Position numbers and translations under genes: made by a program. Below are positions 1-12,707 of a stretch of 64,000 nt of DNA, piece by piece. Origin of the DNA: Gnetum montanum (Eukaryota; Plantae; Gnetophyta); the NCBI GenBank assembly GCA_015680685.1, contig MNCI01002198.1, positions 62,001-126,000 on the forward strand. The letters are read 5' to 3'. How positions within the stretch are numbered: the first letter of the stretch is position 1; each line of letters begins with the position of its first letter. Below the pieces are notes generated by a model. That model saw only the letters and a list, made by a program, of their open reading frames with translations, did not search any database and was not told the origin of the DNA.

Positions 1-326
1 TTATGCATTTTGGATGTTATTTCCAATTTTTAGAAGTCTCATGCACTAGTTACTATTCATGTTACTTTTGATTTCTATTGGATAATGATGTTATATCATT
101 TTCATGGGCATACGATCACACAAATTGCTATTACCTAGTGTATAGTGTAGGATTTTGCATTGCTTATTTTTTAAAAAATTATTACTTTGCCCTCTTATAC
201 CTATTCATTTTTGGATGTCTACAGACATGTCTATCCTTCATTAGCATCCTTAAGTAATTATTTTGAGTTGCATATTTTATATATATATCACCCTTTTAGC
301 TTAAGCATAGGTTAGGGGGTGTTATA
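1..326. mobile_element. terminus of a Gypsy-type LTR
   Basis: Ends in GGGGGTGTTATA, a decayed GGGGTGTTACA like the LTR end at 56829. Confidence 0.45.
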
Positions 327-949
327 GTTGTCATTGTATCTGGTAAGGATAAAACAAGTGGTCCTATAGCTAAGACACATAATTAATGTTAAAACAAAGT
401 AAAGGTAGCATCATCAACACCAACATACAATGAAGATCATGTTGGCATCAATGACCTATGAAACTAATTTTCAAATATAATTTTCATTGGATATCTATAA
501 TTCTGATATTCACTTTTATGACCACTCTACCTTCAAAAAAGATGTAATATGGATTTCAAAATTCACAAATAATAAATGAAGATTATGAATAAGTTTCACA
601 ATCTCTTAACATCAATATAGATTATAAGTCAAAAACTTATATATAAATGCAATACAACACTCATTTTCTTCCATACGTTTGAGCTACTTTAGAGTCCTAG
701 GTAAGTGTGGTGATTAAGCACTCTATGTTGTTGGCAAGCCTTAGGAAATTCAAGGTCTACTAAGGTCAATAAACTGTAGTGTTGTGACCATGCAATGGAG
801 TATTATGTTCCTCTCCTTAGTTAAGAAGTTCAAATTCAATCACTTCTTTATATCCTAGTGTTGGTTGACATAAAATAAGGAAATATTTATACAAAGAAGA
901 AGAGCTATCAAAGTCAAGTACAACTAATATGTTGAAGATGAAGTTATGC

Positions 950-2200
950 AAAGAGAATTCATGTAAGGCATATAAAGTTGTAGTTATGTTTCTATGTAGT
1001 TGCTCAAAGTTTCTTGGCACAGTATAAGAAGTATAGATTGAAGATCATCGTTTTCTTTATTGTTAACAAATCTAGTTTGACTTTTTAATTTCTTTTCTTG
1101 TACTTTTATACAGATAACACTACTCTTTTACACTAACTTGACATATTTTTTTACTTCATTTCATACTTACACTTACTTAGTCCACTTTTTCTATTAGCTC
1201 TTGTATGTAGGAAGGTTAAGATAGTTTTTCTAGTGCAATTGACTACTCTTTATTTTCTTTTCACATAATTGTCATCTTAGAAGTTAGTCCTATGATAATT
1301 TGTTGTAATAGTCTATGATAAATTTATTGATTGATGACAGTTTGCACTTATTGCTCTATAATAGAGGGCTAATCCTTGTATAAGGATTCTTATGTATTTT
1401 AGTAGTTCTTTTCTTCTAGCATACTTAATTTAGCACTCCTAGCTTTATATCTAGCTTCCCACTTGGTTCTAAGTTTCTTATAATCCAAATCACTTTCTAT
1501 TTGACTTATTTTATTACTAATTACTAGTAAGCTAAGATGGTTACTTCCTTTCTCATTAACATTCTCTTTAGATATGTAGTTTAGGTGGAGCTTCTTTAAG
1601 TATAGGGAAAGGTCTAGAAATGCCTCCTCTTTGTCTTTATCCATTGTTATGTCATTGGCATATCTTAACTAATTCCTTTCCTCAATTGCTTTATCAAGTT
1701 CTCTCAAATATAACTTCATCAGCATGGGTGATATTGAACCTCTTTGAGGAATACTTTTACCTTCTTAGTTACTATATTTGGCACCTTCCTTGTCATACAT
1801 TGAACATAGCATGTACTTTTTGGGGTTGACGGGGTCTTAGCTTCTCTCAACTTACTTATTACTATTTCATGCTTGATTGTATTGAAGCATTTACTTACAT
1901 CCATAAACTTTAAGTTATATACTATTTCTAGTTTAATAGGTTAGCATAGAAAGTCAGGTATCCATGTCCAAGAAAAACTCTATGACTAGTTACATACATT
2001 TTATTTGCTAGTGCTTCCATTAGGTTAACTATAGTGCTTGAAGTATGGCCTGTTTCAATCTAATAGATATTTTTATAAGATGTAGGCCTACTTAATGTGA
2101 AGGCTTCAGAATGTAGAGGTGGTCATGCTACCATATTGATAGGTTCCCTTTACTAATCCTTTGTACATTCTTATTATTCCTTCTTACTTTGGATGACGAT
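950..2200 (-). pseudogene. decayed group II intron-type reverse transcriptase/maturase
   Basis: Motifs appear in order across frameshifts: LVKGTYQ..LYILKP..GLHLIKIS (compare L..G.Y..YIPKP..G.RP..I), RLKQAIL, TSH..F.GHG (compare SHGFRPG), DVSKCFNTIKH, D..EAFLDL and QG..ISPLL. Confidence 0.65.
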
Positions 2201-2669
2201 GCTTGTTGTACCACTCTAGTAATGTATATTTAAGATAAATCCTAGCTTACTCCATTTATCTTTTTTTGTTAATTTATCTTTGTTTAACATTTTATCTGTT
2301 TACCTTATTTGTTAGCTTCTTAGGTTCTTCTCCTTATTTTCTTTCTTGTCTATTTCTTCTCTTTATTTGGTATCTTGTTTTTGGATGGATTGTTTCTTCT
2401 TTAGGCCATCTTATCTAAGGGAAAGGTATCCAATTGTTAACCTATGTCAAATCCAAGTTTCTATTTTAGAAGCTTGTTGCCTTGGATTCTAACCACCCAT
2501 GGAGGCACACCACTCTTATCCTTTAAAAAGGGAAAAAACTTTAAGGTTATTCTTTTGACTAGTTTCCATCCTAGACATTAGCCTTATGACTAACCACTAT
2601 CTGGGGCAAGAAATCATTCTTTAGAAAAGAGATCATTAAACTTAACAAAGCTCCCCATACCTATTTCAA

Positions 2670-2990
2670 GGTGAATTTAAAGGTAGTTTCTATTTCACTA
2701 CAAGTTGTAAATGCTTATACTATTACTATCTACTATTTTGCATTGCAAAGCTATGAAGATTTAAAAGATAGGCATTTGATGTTTTTTGAGAGATTTTTTT
2801 TTTTGCAAGATTTGGTGGAATTATTCAATAAGGTTTTGACAATGGATAAGCCATATAACAAAGAAGTCCACAAGATACTCTTTTTCTTCAACAGATTCAT
2901 GGTGCAATATATACTTTTCCTAACAAACTAAAAGTGTCATTGTCTATTCTACCACAATTGTTTTCACTGATATTTAAATATGCCTCTTCA
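2670..2990 (+). mobile_element. possible LINE ORF1 (DUF4283-like) relic
   Basis: DRHLMFFERFFFLQDLVELFN resembles the GPW.F....L..W...F.P pattern; highly degenerate. Confidence 0.3.
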
Positions 2991-2992
2991 AA

Positions 2993-3465
2993 TTTTTTTC
3001 TATGCTCTAGGAATAATGTACCTTAAATTAATTATGATAGTATTTAACATATGCTTGCATCACCTCATGACATGGAGATAATCTAGAACCTCAAGGTTAC
3101 TTATGTTCCATTATCTATGCTCAAGACTTCCATATAGGAATGTCTACAAACTATAGTCCAAATTCATAGATTCAAGAGATAGACTAAACGCCATTAGTGT
3201 AGGTAATAATGTGAAGTGAATTCACTTTGTTTTTTCTATACTCTAGGAATAATGCAACTTAAATTAATTATGTTAGTGTTTAACATATGCTTGCATCACC
3301 TCATGACATGGAGGTAATCTATAACCTCAAGGTCACTTATGTTCCATTATCTATGTTCAAGATTTCCATATAGGAATGTCTACAAACTATACTCCAAATT
3401 CATAGATTCAAGAGATAGACTAAACGCCATTACTGTAGGTAAGAATGTGAACCAATTTTACTTTA
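2993..3465. repeat. 236-bp tandem duplication (2 copies)
   Basis: CTCTAGGAATAATG occurs at 3005 and 3241, and the copies align with scattered substitutions. Confidence 0.92.
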
Positions 3466-6249
3466 TTTCTAGGAAGTTGCTAATTTTGGTTGGGGTCCAT
3501 TAATCTTTCAATGCCTAAGGAATCAATTGGTCATATTCCTCTCTCACTTTGTCTCATCATGTTTCTTCTCCTAGACTTAGGTACTTTGGTACTGCTTTTT
3601 TTGGATTAAGGTTTAAATGAAGGTGCTTACCATGCATCAACAATGAATCAAGGTAATTCAAAACCACATGGAACAACAAGCAACAAAGAAGAAGTAGAAA
3701 AAGTAGGCAAAAACTATAATTTCTATGGAGACAATAACAACTCGTGACAAACTGGAGAGTATTAGTATTGATACTTGATGATGAAGGAGATAGAAAGCCT
3801 AGCTATATCAATGCTGAATTATGGACCTTCATAATGATAAAGGATGTTGATAAGTTTTTAAGCATTAAACATCTTATCGAACAAATTTATATTAGCATCA
3901 ATTAGGATTATTTATTAACTTGATATTATCACTTCATTATCTTAAATTAAGATATCAAATTCCACGTACAATGGAGTTTCTAGATCAAAATAACCAAGTA
4001 AAAGAGAACATAGAGAAGGGCATAGCAGATGCCACTTCGATTATTCTCCAATCTTATGAAGAGTTTCATGAATGAAACTTCCACACTACATCAAATGGTT
4101 ATCAAGGATAGTAAAAGGTGATATATTCTTTACTTTGTACCATATAGTCATCTAAAATGAGTTTTAAAATGTCTTTGTTACAATGTTCAAGAAGATGGCA
4201 TTACTTCAATAATCGGTTAAAAAAAGAGAAGAAAAGACATTAGCAAAGCTACTTCAAAGACAATAAGATGAAGCCAACATTGCAACTACGATAAATGTAA
4301 ATATGTGGGAGGTCCTTGTGAAGTTGGAGGTAGAATTGGGAAATATGAAAGTCTTGCAAGAAGAAAAGCTTTAGCAAAAAACACTATAAGTGTGAGGTTC
4401 AAGACCTTATAGACAAAGTCAAAATCAAAAGAGCAACTCAAGCAAATGAACTCTAGAAGATCTGCAATGAGGCATTAAAAGTCAAGTAACGAATCCTATA
4501 GGTACTTGTCACTACCTCGAAAAAGCATCAATGCTTCCAAACTTACAACAACTAAGATCCAAATTCCCTCTTCTTCTACAAAGCCAGCTCCTAAAGCCCC
4601 TCTTGCATCATATGTAAATGATGAAAACAAGCTCTTAGCATGTAACAAAGCAAAGTTGCTTATTTATTATTATTCTTTTCCATGTTGTGGCTGAAAGAAT
4701 TTTTCATATTTTTCAAATTAAAAAATCTCAAATTGATTCATTAAAGAACTATTTCCAAGGACAAAGTCTAGGTTACAAAATAGTTGGGCTCTCATAAATA
4801 ATAATTCCCATGAAAAAGTTCATCTCTTATACTAGCGTTATGATGATAATTATTTATCATGACAAGGTCTAACAACAACAACAACAAACATGATCAAGAG
4901 AGGTTCCCCTCACCATTACGATAAAATTATTTTACCATAATAGAGGAAGACTCTCTTAGATGGGGCTCTCAGTCAAAATAAATGATGAATCTTATAATTG
5001 GCTATTACAAAGGTTTTTCATCATGTAAACATAACAATTAAAGCACTTTACAAACACATTTTATCAATTGAAGGGAAAGTGTTGGCCTAAATCTGTAATT
5101 ACTACTAAAGAGTCAAAAGAACATGTTTGTTTATCAATAACAAAGCAAGGTGACCCAAAAATGATGGCAACCCTCTAGATCTATATTTTAATCTTGAAAT
5201 GGACTCTACAATAAAACAAGTGTGAGATTTAAAAAAAACACTTATAATTTTTTTTAGAACTAAATTAAAGAAAGGAATTCTAATGAAGAAAGTCATTCCA
5301 AAGTTACATATGAAGGAAAAATTATATCCTTAAGGATAAGAAAGTGGAAGAAGAAGAAATGCAAGTTTCCCAACAGTTCATGGAATGTGTTCATTCACTA
5401 AAGTGAACAATACCAGAAGGTGAAGCTGCAAAGTAGCAATTCAGTGTAATTAAACTTGACCTACAAACTAGCAACCAAGTTCAAACCTTTAGGAGTTGGT
5501 AGAATGAAGAAGACTTCAAAGTTGGCTTTGAATCTACTTTAACCATTAAGATACTTGGACGCTTCCAAGCTTAACTACGATGTAACATTGAGCTACGTTA
5601 ATAAAAAATTATGTTGTTACAAAGTTAACAATTTTGTAATGTATGAATATAAAAAATTTACTTAAATAAAATAATCTTCTATTACAAAATTATCTAGTTT
5701 GTTGTAATTATTGCAAAGCTCTCAATGAAATTCTCATTCTACATAATGGTTTACAAAGTAAAAATGGTTTAAAGGACTAGGATTAAACCATGAATGAAAA
5801 CCAACAAAATACATATCAATTGAAGACTAGTTTTGCCGCTAAACCAAGAACCAATCATTGAAACATTTTTAATTTATTTATATTTAAGGAATTTTTTAAT
5901 CACTTCGACTAAACATGTTCTTTGTTAGATATATTAAAACACAATACATCAATATCTAGTAAATGAAATAACCATTGAAAATATGTAAAAATCAACATGC
6001 AACTATTCAAAAAAAAGTTGACACTTCCACCAATAATAATGATGACAAATGTTAAAAATTGAAATTGAAATTGAAAGTAAACATTAATAATCATTCACTC
6101 TATGATTTGTGTATAAGAATCATTGGAGCAACAAATAACAATGCCACCTTCCCATATAATAAACACTTGTATAGGGGATCTAAAAACCCAAAACTATTTG
6201 ACTAAATATATTTCTAGGACATATATAACTTAACTAAAACATGGTAATG

Positions 6250-6335
6250 TTACTCAACATAGCCTTGGGAGTTAAACATGTGACTTACAAACTTTAAGTT
6301 ATATGCTCTAATCAAGTGAACATAGCTTTGACCTC
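6250..6335 (-). mobile_element. degenerate tRNA-derived SINE head
   Basis: Minus strand has A-box-like ..CACTTGATTAGAGC, then AAGTCACATGTTTAACTCC (B-box-like) and TATGTTGAG. Similar to the copy at about 30645. Confidence 0.4.
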
Positions 6336-8083
6336 TTGAGTTACTATACACACTAATAAACAATAATCATTGGCTTCAATACTCATCCTACCAAGGTCGG
6401 TCTCAAAAAGCATCAATAGATGAGCAAAAGCCTAACCTCTTTAAATAGTTAACCAAGCTCATACCCACTTATTCCAACTTGAGAAATAACTACCATACCA
6501 TCATTCCAAATTATGATCCCTTTGGATATATGCACTTGTACAATTACCATAGCATTTATAATTGTCATTAACCATGACACCTACTTACCATTCATAATTG
6601 TTGTTAACCCTATGAGACTATCATTAAACATGACATCTTCGCACACAATAAAACATTTACCTTTCTCTTAACACCAAATACTTTTATAATATAACTAAAT
6701 CCTAAACTACTTATTTTAAATATAGCTAGAAATCAAGCTAAATAAGACTTCACTTCACTACCACTCCTTTGATGATCCATCTTTAAAGGTGAGTGCAAAA
6801 TTAAGAATACTCATTTGTTAAAAAAAAAATGTTACACATTCTCACTCTAATCGATACACCAAATGGGTTGCTTGTTGCTTTAATTGTGTTGCTTCCAATT
6901 GATCACGACATAAGAGGATTGTATTATTTTACTTATCAATCAACAATCCCATTAGTTTTGCTTTAATATGGTATAATTTCTTGAAACCAAGGCCAACAAA
7001 TACATGGAATAGTCATATTTATTTCAACATCCTTAACTATGAAAAAAGCCTTCTTTATGTCAAAAGTATTGCTACTACTTCCCCGAGTGTGGTAGTCTGT
7101 TGCAGTGTCTACGACTCCAGTGAAAGAACATTTATTTAAAAAAAATGAAATTAAACGTAAAACGTTATCCCAGCTCTGAAGCATGTGAACCGTAACATCA
7201 TTGAACGCCCAATTGTTCTTAAAATTGTGGCCAAGGAATCTTACATGTCCAGATCAAATGTACATTGGCGCTAAGTTCCTTGAAGAATCTGAACCTCTGC
7301 CTGTAAGCAACACTAAACTTTGCATACCATGTGGTTCAAAGTAGAAATAAAGACATTTCTGCGGTGCTTAAACAGCCTGTTCGGTGTCTCTCTTTTCGGC
7401 CTTTTTTTTTTGGTTGTGGGAGGGTAAAAAGAACACTTCTTAATAATAAAATTTATAAAATTACAATGTGAATAATAAATGTTTATGTACAGTTGTAACA
7501 AGATCCAATGCAAGAATGCATTGAGACCTGCACCCCCAAAAAAATACATGGGGCTAACATGATAACTTTACCAATCAATACTTCATTGATTGACGATGAG
7601 ATACGTTACACGTTTCTACACAAGGCAGCAGACCAATATCACATAAGGCTGATAATTTTCAGCTCTTACCAAGCCACTTAGTTCAGTCAGAGCCACTTTC
7701 GTTTCAACTAAATTGATTACCCAATTTTCTTGAAACCACAATTTAATCATTCTTTATCTTAAGGACTTGGAACCATACAAAATGCTGAAATTTTCTTCCA
7801 TTCAAATAAAAATACTTGTTATCTGACAGAAGGAAACAAACAGCATGAATAATGGGATAAATTCTCTTTCTCACCGCATCCTTGTCGTATCACCGTGTAC
7901 CTTCAGGAATAAAGTTTATAAGAAACAGGAGTTGATATTCATCCTAATATGAAAACGGTTTATCAAATAAATATTCAAGGAACATAAGAAAGTAAAAAAA
8001 AATTCCATAACTTCAAATAGAACAAAGATAAGAACTAAATTTTGGTCAAAATATTACCATTCTGGCACCAAGACGATAACCTG

Positions 8084-8656
8084 TTACTTCACGTGATCAG
8101 AGCTTTGACATGGCTCATTCCCATTCTCAGATTGTGGATACACGCTGCCTGGTGGAATATTTGTTATTGATAGTTTTTCAGAGACACTAGGGTTCCATGC
8201 AGCTTTAGAGTTTGTAAGCGATAAGATTTGGTTTGATGACTTGGTAATTCTTCCCTTCCTTGGATTCCGTGTGGTCATTACAGGTAAACCTTCAGTGCAT
8301 TTTTCCAACACATCTAATTTTCCATCCCCGCAAGTTGAATGGGTCAGATGTGAAGGCACATTCACACCTTGTGTTGTCCTACTTTTAATCTGTCTATTAG
8401 AAGTACTTCTGTTTGACTGTTTTCTCTTTTTTGATGTCGTTTCATTAGGTCCATTTCCGGCTGCACATCGCTTTGCTACCTTTGATCTATTTCTAGTCAA
8501 GTTTTGCTTGCAACCATTTGAAACTTGAGAAGAACTTGACAAACTATGAACACTATTCCTGGTATTTGGAGTAGCAATGAGTTTATCATCTCTGCATTCT
8601 ACCTCAGCTTCATCATCAGAAAGAACTTCCTCCTCGAATTTTATATCCTCCGTTTC
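8084..8656 (-). CDS. DUO3: DUO3 terminal coding exon 8
   Basis: Acceptor GTACAG, phase 0, 190 codons plus TAA. Starts ETEDIKFEEEVLSDDE, echoing the acidic motif of exon 7, and contains an NLS-like KKRK. Confidence 0.78.
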   Translation of the reverse strand, partial: ETEDIKFEEEVLSDDEAEVECRDDKLIATPNTRNSVHSLSSSSQVSNGCKQNLTRNRSKVAKRCAAGNGPNETTSKKRKQSNRSTSNRQIKSRTTQGVNVPSHLTHSTCGDGKLDVLEKCTEGLPVMTTRNPRKGRITKSSNQILSLTNSKAAWNPSVSEKLSITNIPPGSVYPQSENGNEPCQSSDHVK

Positions 8657-9894
8657 CTGTACAGTTAAATTCAAAGTAAAATGTCATCTAAATCATAAAA
8701 GGTATTCAGTAACATATGTAAAAAGGCTTTAACTTAACGCATGTCGGTGTGAATTTTTGAAAAAGTACATAAGAAAACAAATAGGTAATAGCAACACCAT
8801 TTACTTCAAAGCTGAGATGTAAACTGGATAATGATCGATAAACATGACCTTCACGTGAACATAAAGGATTCAATCATGGAAAATAGGTACTTGAACACAA
8901 ATGATTGCATGGACCTAGACGTGTCAAAATGGAATCCAAAATAGGAAGGTCTCACCTTCCACTGCTACTTTCCCTGATTTCTATTTTCTGTTAATGTAAT
9001 TACATGAAGAGCATATCCAAAGGACCCAAGAAATAAGGAATGAAAAGACGCCCTGTTTCTTTTACAGTTTGCATGCGCATATGCAGACTGTATTTTGTCT
9101 GCATACATACATGTCACAATGTCTGCAAGTGAAGAAAGGGAGAGTGTGTGCACTCAAGCACAATGACACCTAAGGGGTGGAATACAACATCAGATAACAT
9201 GTAGCAATGCAAAAAGCTACACAAACAAAGAATGACAAAGTAAACTACCGTTTCACGCAGGACATAAAAAGGTGTATGATTGTGTTCAGCTTTGAATGCT
9301 AGAAGCCAAGGATGCCCCAAAGTTGAGTGGTAACATAGATTACCAAATATGCTGTGCCTAAAGTTCATCCATATTCCATATCAATACAAAAATAAAACAC
9401 AAACTGAATGATATTTAGTTATTGTATTAATACAAAACCGAAGTCAAGAAAGTTGTGAGGAAGAAAAACCAAATATATGGAACTCCAAACTAGATGCATT
9501 ACCTATGAAGGACTACTACTGATGAAATGGATATCACAAATCATTATACATAAGCCGTGTTGAGAAACTACACTGAATGCCCATTTTGTTCTATGACATG
9601 TACCATAGCATGTAAAGAATTGGACTTTTTAATAATCAGTTAATTGTTAATATCAGACGTGCAATTAACTTGATTTATTGTATTTCTACATGTTTAAATT
9701 GTTTAAAACTTAGTAAACTGTATCAAAAATTCAAAACACATTATTTTTAGGTGTTAAGTTACAGTAATAAAAATTAGAGAAACCTAATTAAACTGAAACA
9801 GAATTTTTAGTTACATCAACCAGACCCTCTTGGATTTATCAGACATAGCAGTTTCAAAATTCCTTTTATGGAATTTTTTTAATTCATAACTAAG

Positions 9895-9965
9895 CATTGC
9901 CTACTAAAATCAAACCTGTGACCTAGAATTTCTATACTAAGACTCTTACCACTAAGCTAGTACCT
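9895..9965 (-). mobile_element. degenerate tRNA-derived SINE head
   Basis: Minus strand TAGCTTAGTGGTAAGAG (A box) ... GGTCACAGGTTTGATT (B box); no complete cloverleaf. Confidence 0.45.
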
Positions 9966-11004
9966 CATTGTTTTATATTCTTTTCAGGTGCATATTAAAT
10001 AGGTAAGAGTCTAGATGGTCTCTACTACGTGCTAAACACAGCTAGGTTGCATCAACTATTCTTTTCATTGTGAAACACTGATGTCTCTCACATGACTGTA
10101 AATTGGGATAAAGATGTCAAGAGAAAATAAAGAATTAAATTTCCCAGTTCGTTCCAAGACTCTCGGGATGATCTCCTGATAAGTAGAAATAATGTGTGCA
10201 TTGGATTTCGGTGAAGGCAACTGAAGATCTCAAATGTTCAACCAATAGAAATTCTCCAATTTGTGAGCTCTGTACACTGGCAAAAACCAAACAAAAGATT
10301 GACCAAGATGCTAGCATTATGAGAGGATTTCATATATGAAACGGAACTACTTTGGTCAAAAGCATTTTGATGCTAACTGCAACAAAGCTGAGTCCTCTGA
10401 CAAGCGGTAGCTGCAAAGAAGTGTCCTCTTACATGTAGATACTGTTGAACTTGGTTGTGGCTATTCTTCCAAGGCCATAACTTACAGTGAATAGGAACTG
10501 CATTTGCTTCTGTGTCTAGTTAGTGCTAGCATGACTTGTTGCCCTGTATGCCTCTTTTGTTTGTTGACATATGAAGAGACCACATGCATAGGCATTGGCA
10601 TATAGACTTGTCGGTTTGATGCTTATCTCATGTATTTGTTGCCTAAATGAGGCCCGGTACATATGAATGGCTTATGATGCATTCCATAGTTTTTCTGCAT
10701 GCTGTCTAGTTTCACAGTTTAGCAGAATGCAGAGGTTTTCAAAGAAATGATGCAGCAGCAGCTTCAGTTTCATCATGTTCTATTGCTGCAAAGCAGCATA
10801 TATTTGTCTCTAAGTGAGAGCGTGTTAGAAACTAGTAAAAACAAATCCATTTACCTGGGGGTCCTTGCATTTGTTTGTAACGTTTGAACCAATGACATGT
10901 TAAAGATAAGGTTTTATATACTAGTCTCACTTTTAATGGTTAAGATTTTGCAAAATGTACATTGCTACTTATCAGATTTTCCAAGGACATTCAAGATTTG
11001 GGTA

Positions 11005-12400
11005 TTTTTTGAGAAAGTAGTCGGGATTATATTACTGAGAAAAACTATAGTACAAGAGATTACAAATGGTGGGCCATCAGAAATGCGCCCCCCCACCCCC
11101 CATCCTTGTGCAAGTCCTCCCCTGCTTCCTGCCGGGCCTGGATCTGGCCAAGCTGATCCCGGAGGGTCCTCAGGCCCGTCCTAAAAGAGAACTTATCATC
11201 CATTGGGAGGGCCCGGATGTCCCACTTCAGACGAAGTAAGGCCTCCTTAAGGAAATTCCGGGGGATCACCTTGGCCAAGCCGATAATCTGCCCAGATGTC
11301 CTCCACCAACGGCCTCAACCACGACTTAGCTAACCAAGCAGCTTCGAAGCAAAACGATCGTGGGGCCCAAGGCTTATCCGGCCCGATTGAACAGACCAGC
11401 GAGCAGTGGTCCGACGCAACCCGCTCCTATCCCGAAACACGGACGGAGGAGTGGAGGAGGAGGTCAGAGCTAATGCATACCCAATCAATTCAAGAGAGGA
11501 CGTGGTCCAGGCCCTTGCTCCGATTACTCCATGTGAAATGGCAATTCTCAATGGGTAGGTCCACCAGGGAGAAGGTTGCCAGAAAAGCCTAGAATTCTTG
11601 TGCACCCGGTGGAGGGGGGGCAGCCCCCTGGACTTCTCCCAAGGGTGGAGGCATTGGTTGAAATCCCCCACCACAATCCACGATCGATGGTCCGAGACCA
11701 ACATCGCCACCCGGGTCAGCTCGTGCAACCGTTGTTCCCAGTTCTGCGCCCCATAGAAATTAGTCAACCAGATNNNNNNNNNNNNNNNNNNNNNNNNNNN
11801 NNNNNNNNNNNNNNNNNNNNNNNNNNNNNNNNNNNNNNNNNNNNNNNNNNNNNNNNNNNNNNNNNNNNNNNNNNNNNNNNNNNNNNNNNNNNNNNNNNNN
11901 NNNNNNNNNNNNNNNNNNNNNNNNNNNNNNNNNNNNNNNNNNNNNNNNNNNNNNNNNNNNNNNNNNNNNNNNNNNNNNNNNNNNNNNNNNNNNNNNNNNN
12001 NNNNNNNNNNNNNNNNNNNNNNNNNNNNNNNNNNNNNNNNNNNNNNNNNNNNNNNNNNNNNNNNNNNNNNNNNNNNNNNNNNNNNNNNNNNNNNNNNNNN
12101 NNNNNNNNNNNNNNNNNNNNNNNNNNNNNNNNNNNNNNNNNNNNNNNNNNNNNNNNNNNNNNNNNNNNNNNNNNNNNNNNNNNNNNNNNNNNNNNNNNNN
12201 NNNNNNNNNNNNNNNNNNNNNNNNNNNNNGGGTGGGGCAGGGAGGGGGAGGGGGAGCAGGGGAGGGGGGCATCTTCTGGGGGGTGCTTTGGGGGGGCAGT
12301 CTGTTAGAGGGCAGGTGCATCTGGCCCTTGCGGCCCATCGTGACCCAGGTGCCCCCCTCGAACATCTGCCTAGCTTGGGCTCTTGGCAGCGGAGGTCTCG
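11005..12400 (-). mobile_element. young L1-type LINE derivative (APE endonuclease, no RT), spans an N-gap
   Basis: GC/CpG-rich island in intron 7. Motifs TNFYG, WIVVGDFN, FTWSN, SDH and FCFEAAWL, followed by a G-rich 3' UTR and A6 tail at 11005-11010. Confidence 0.8.
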
Positions 12401-12707
12401 CTTTTAATGTTTATCTGGCTTTTAATAAAAGCAAAAGGCATAAAAGAACTCATATAGCCTCTCCATGTAGTTGGGATAAAAATGATGATGAAAATATTGT
12501 AAAACATGAACTTGTAGGGACCCAACCTTTGGTGTCTTGAGGTTTTTATTTAAAATAAATCAAATGCATGTTTTTTAAATAAAAAAATAAAAAAGATGAG
12601 GTCATGTTACCATGTGTGTGCCTTCATAAGCGTATACTGGATTTATTCTTGACATGTGAAAGGGAAGTGAGGTGTGCAAAGAGTTTAGTCTCCTGTGCTA
12701 GGGCTAT

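Noticed and set aside
3480-5600. Purine-rich, coding-like relic, possibly a transposase
   Set aside because: No motif could be identified with confidence.
9895-9965. Functional tRNA gene
   Set aside because: The acceptor and T stems do not pair, so it is treated as a SINE relic.
11576-12365. Long ORFs spanning 11774-12229
   Set aside because: Artefacts of translating the N-gap.
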